A stretch of 50,033 nucleotides of DNA from Girardia tigrina (taxonomy: Eukaryota): contig MQRK01240488.1 of assembly GCA_001938485.1 (NCBI GenBank), positions 1 to 50,033 on the forward strand, in the 5' to 3' direction. Shown in pieces: positions 49,868-50,033 of the stretch. A program made the translations under genes and the position numbers. The stretch's first letter is position 1, and the number at the start of each line of letters is the position of its first letter. Under the pieces are notes generated by a model. The model saw nothing but the letters and a program-made list of their open reading frames with translations, was not told the origin of the DNA and did not search any database.

Positions 49868-50033
49868 TTCGGATGTTTAGTATATATGAATATTGAATTG
49901 TTTGAATAATAGAATTTAACAGATATATTTACTTTAAAAGGTAACGAATAAATTAATTATTATTATTTATCAAAGTATTATTGGGTAATAATGGCAAAAA
50001 GAATATTTTAATTAAAAATTTTAAGTATTGAAA

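Overview
AT-rich eukaryotic (probably metazoan) scaffold with two large N-gaps, (TA)n microsatellites and short GT-AG introns. It is not prokaryotic, and I found no rRNA, tRNA or CRISPR array. Most of the window is nested, decayed transposable elements: Tc1/mariner, hAT, a piggyBac MITE, Helitrons, a near-complete Gypsy LTR retrotransposon, a probable non-autonomous Polinton/Maverick derivative and Penelope-like remnants. Two host genes can be reconstructed by manual splicing that the ORF track misses. One is a profilin (+; exons 14148-14333, 14386-14562, 29696-29923; about 15.1-kb TE-filled intron). The other is a MARCH/RING-CH E3 ligase (-; RING exon 4884-5125, probable first exon 13157-13622), arranged head-to-head with the profilin. 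There is also a beta-tubulin pseudogene fragment. The strongest discovery candidate is a 344-bp ORF-less insertion (48009-48352). It is flanked by a perfect 14-bp target-site duplication, and its first nucleotide is exactly the G1 cleavage position of a complete HDV/CPEB3-like self-cleaving ribozyme fold. Penelope-type minimal hammerhead motifs occur nearby (43.8 kb and 49.85 kb). All calls come from manual reading; no searches were run.
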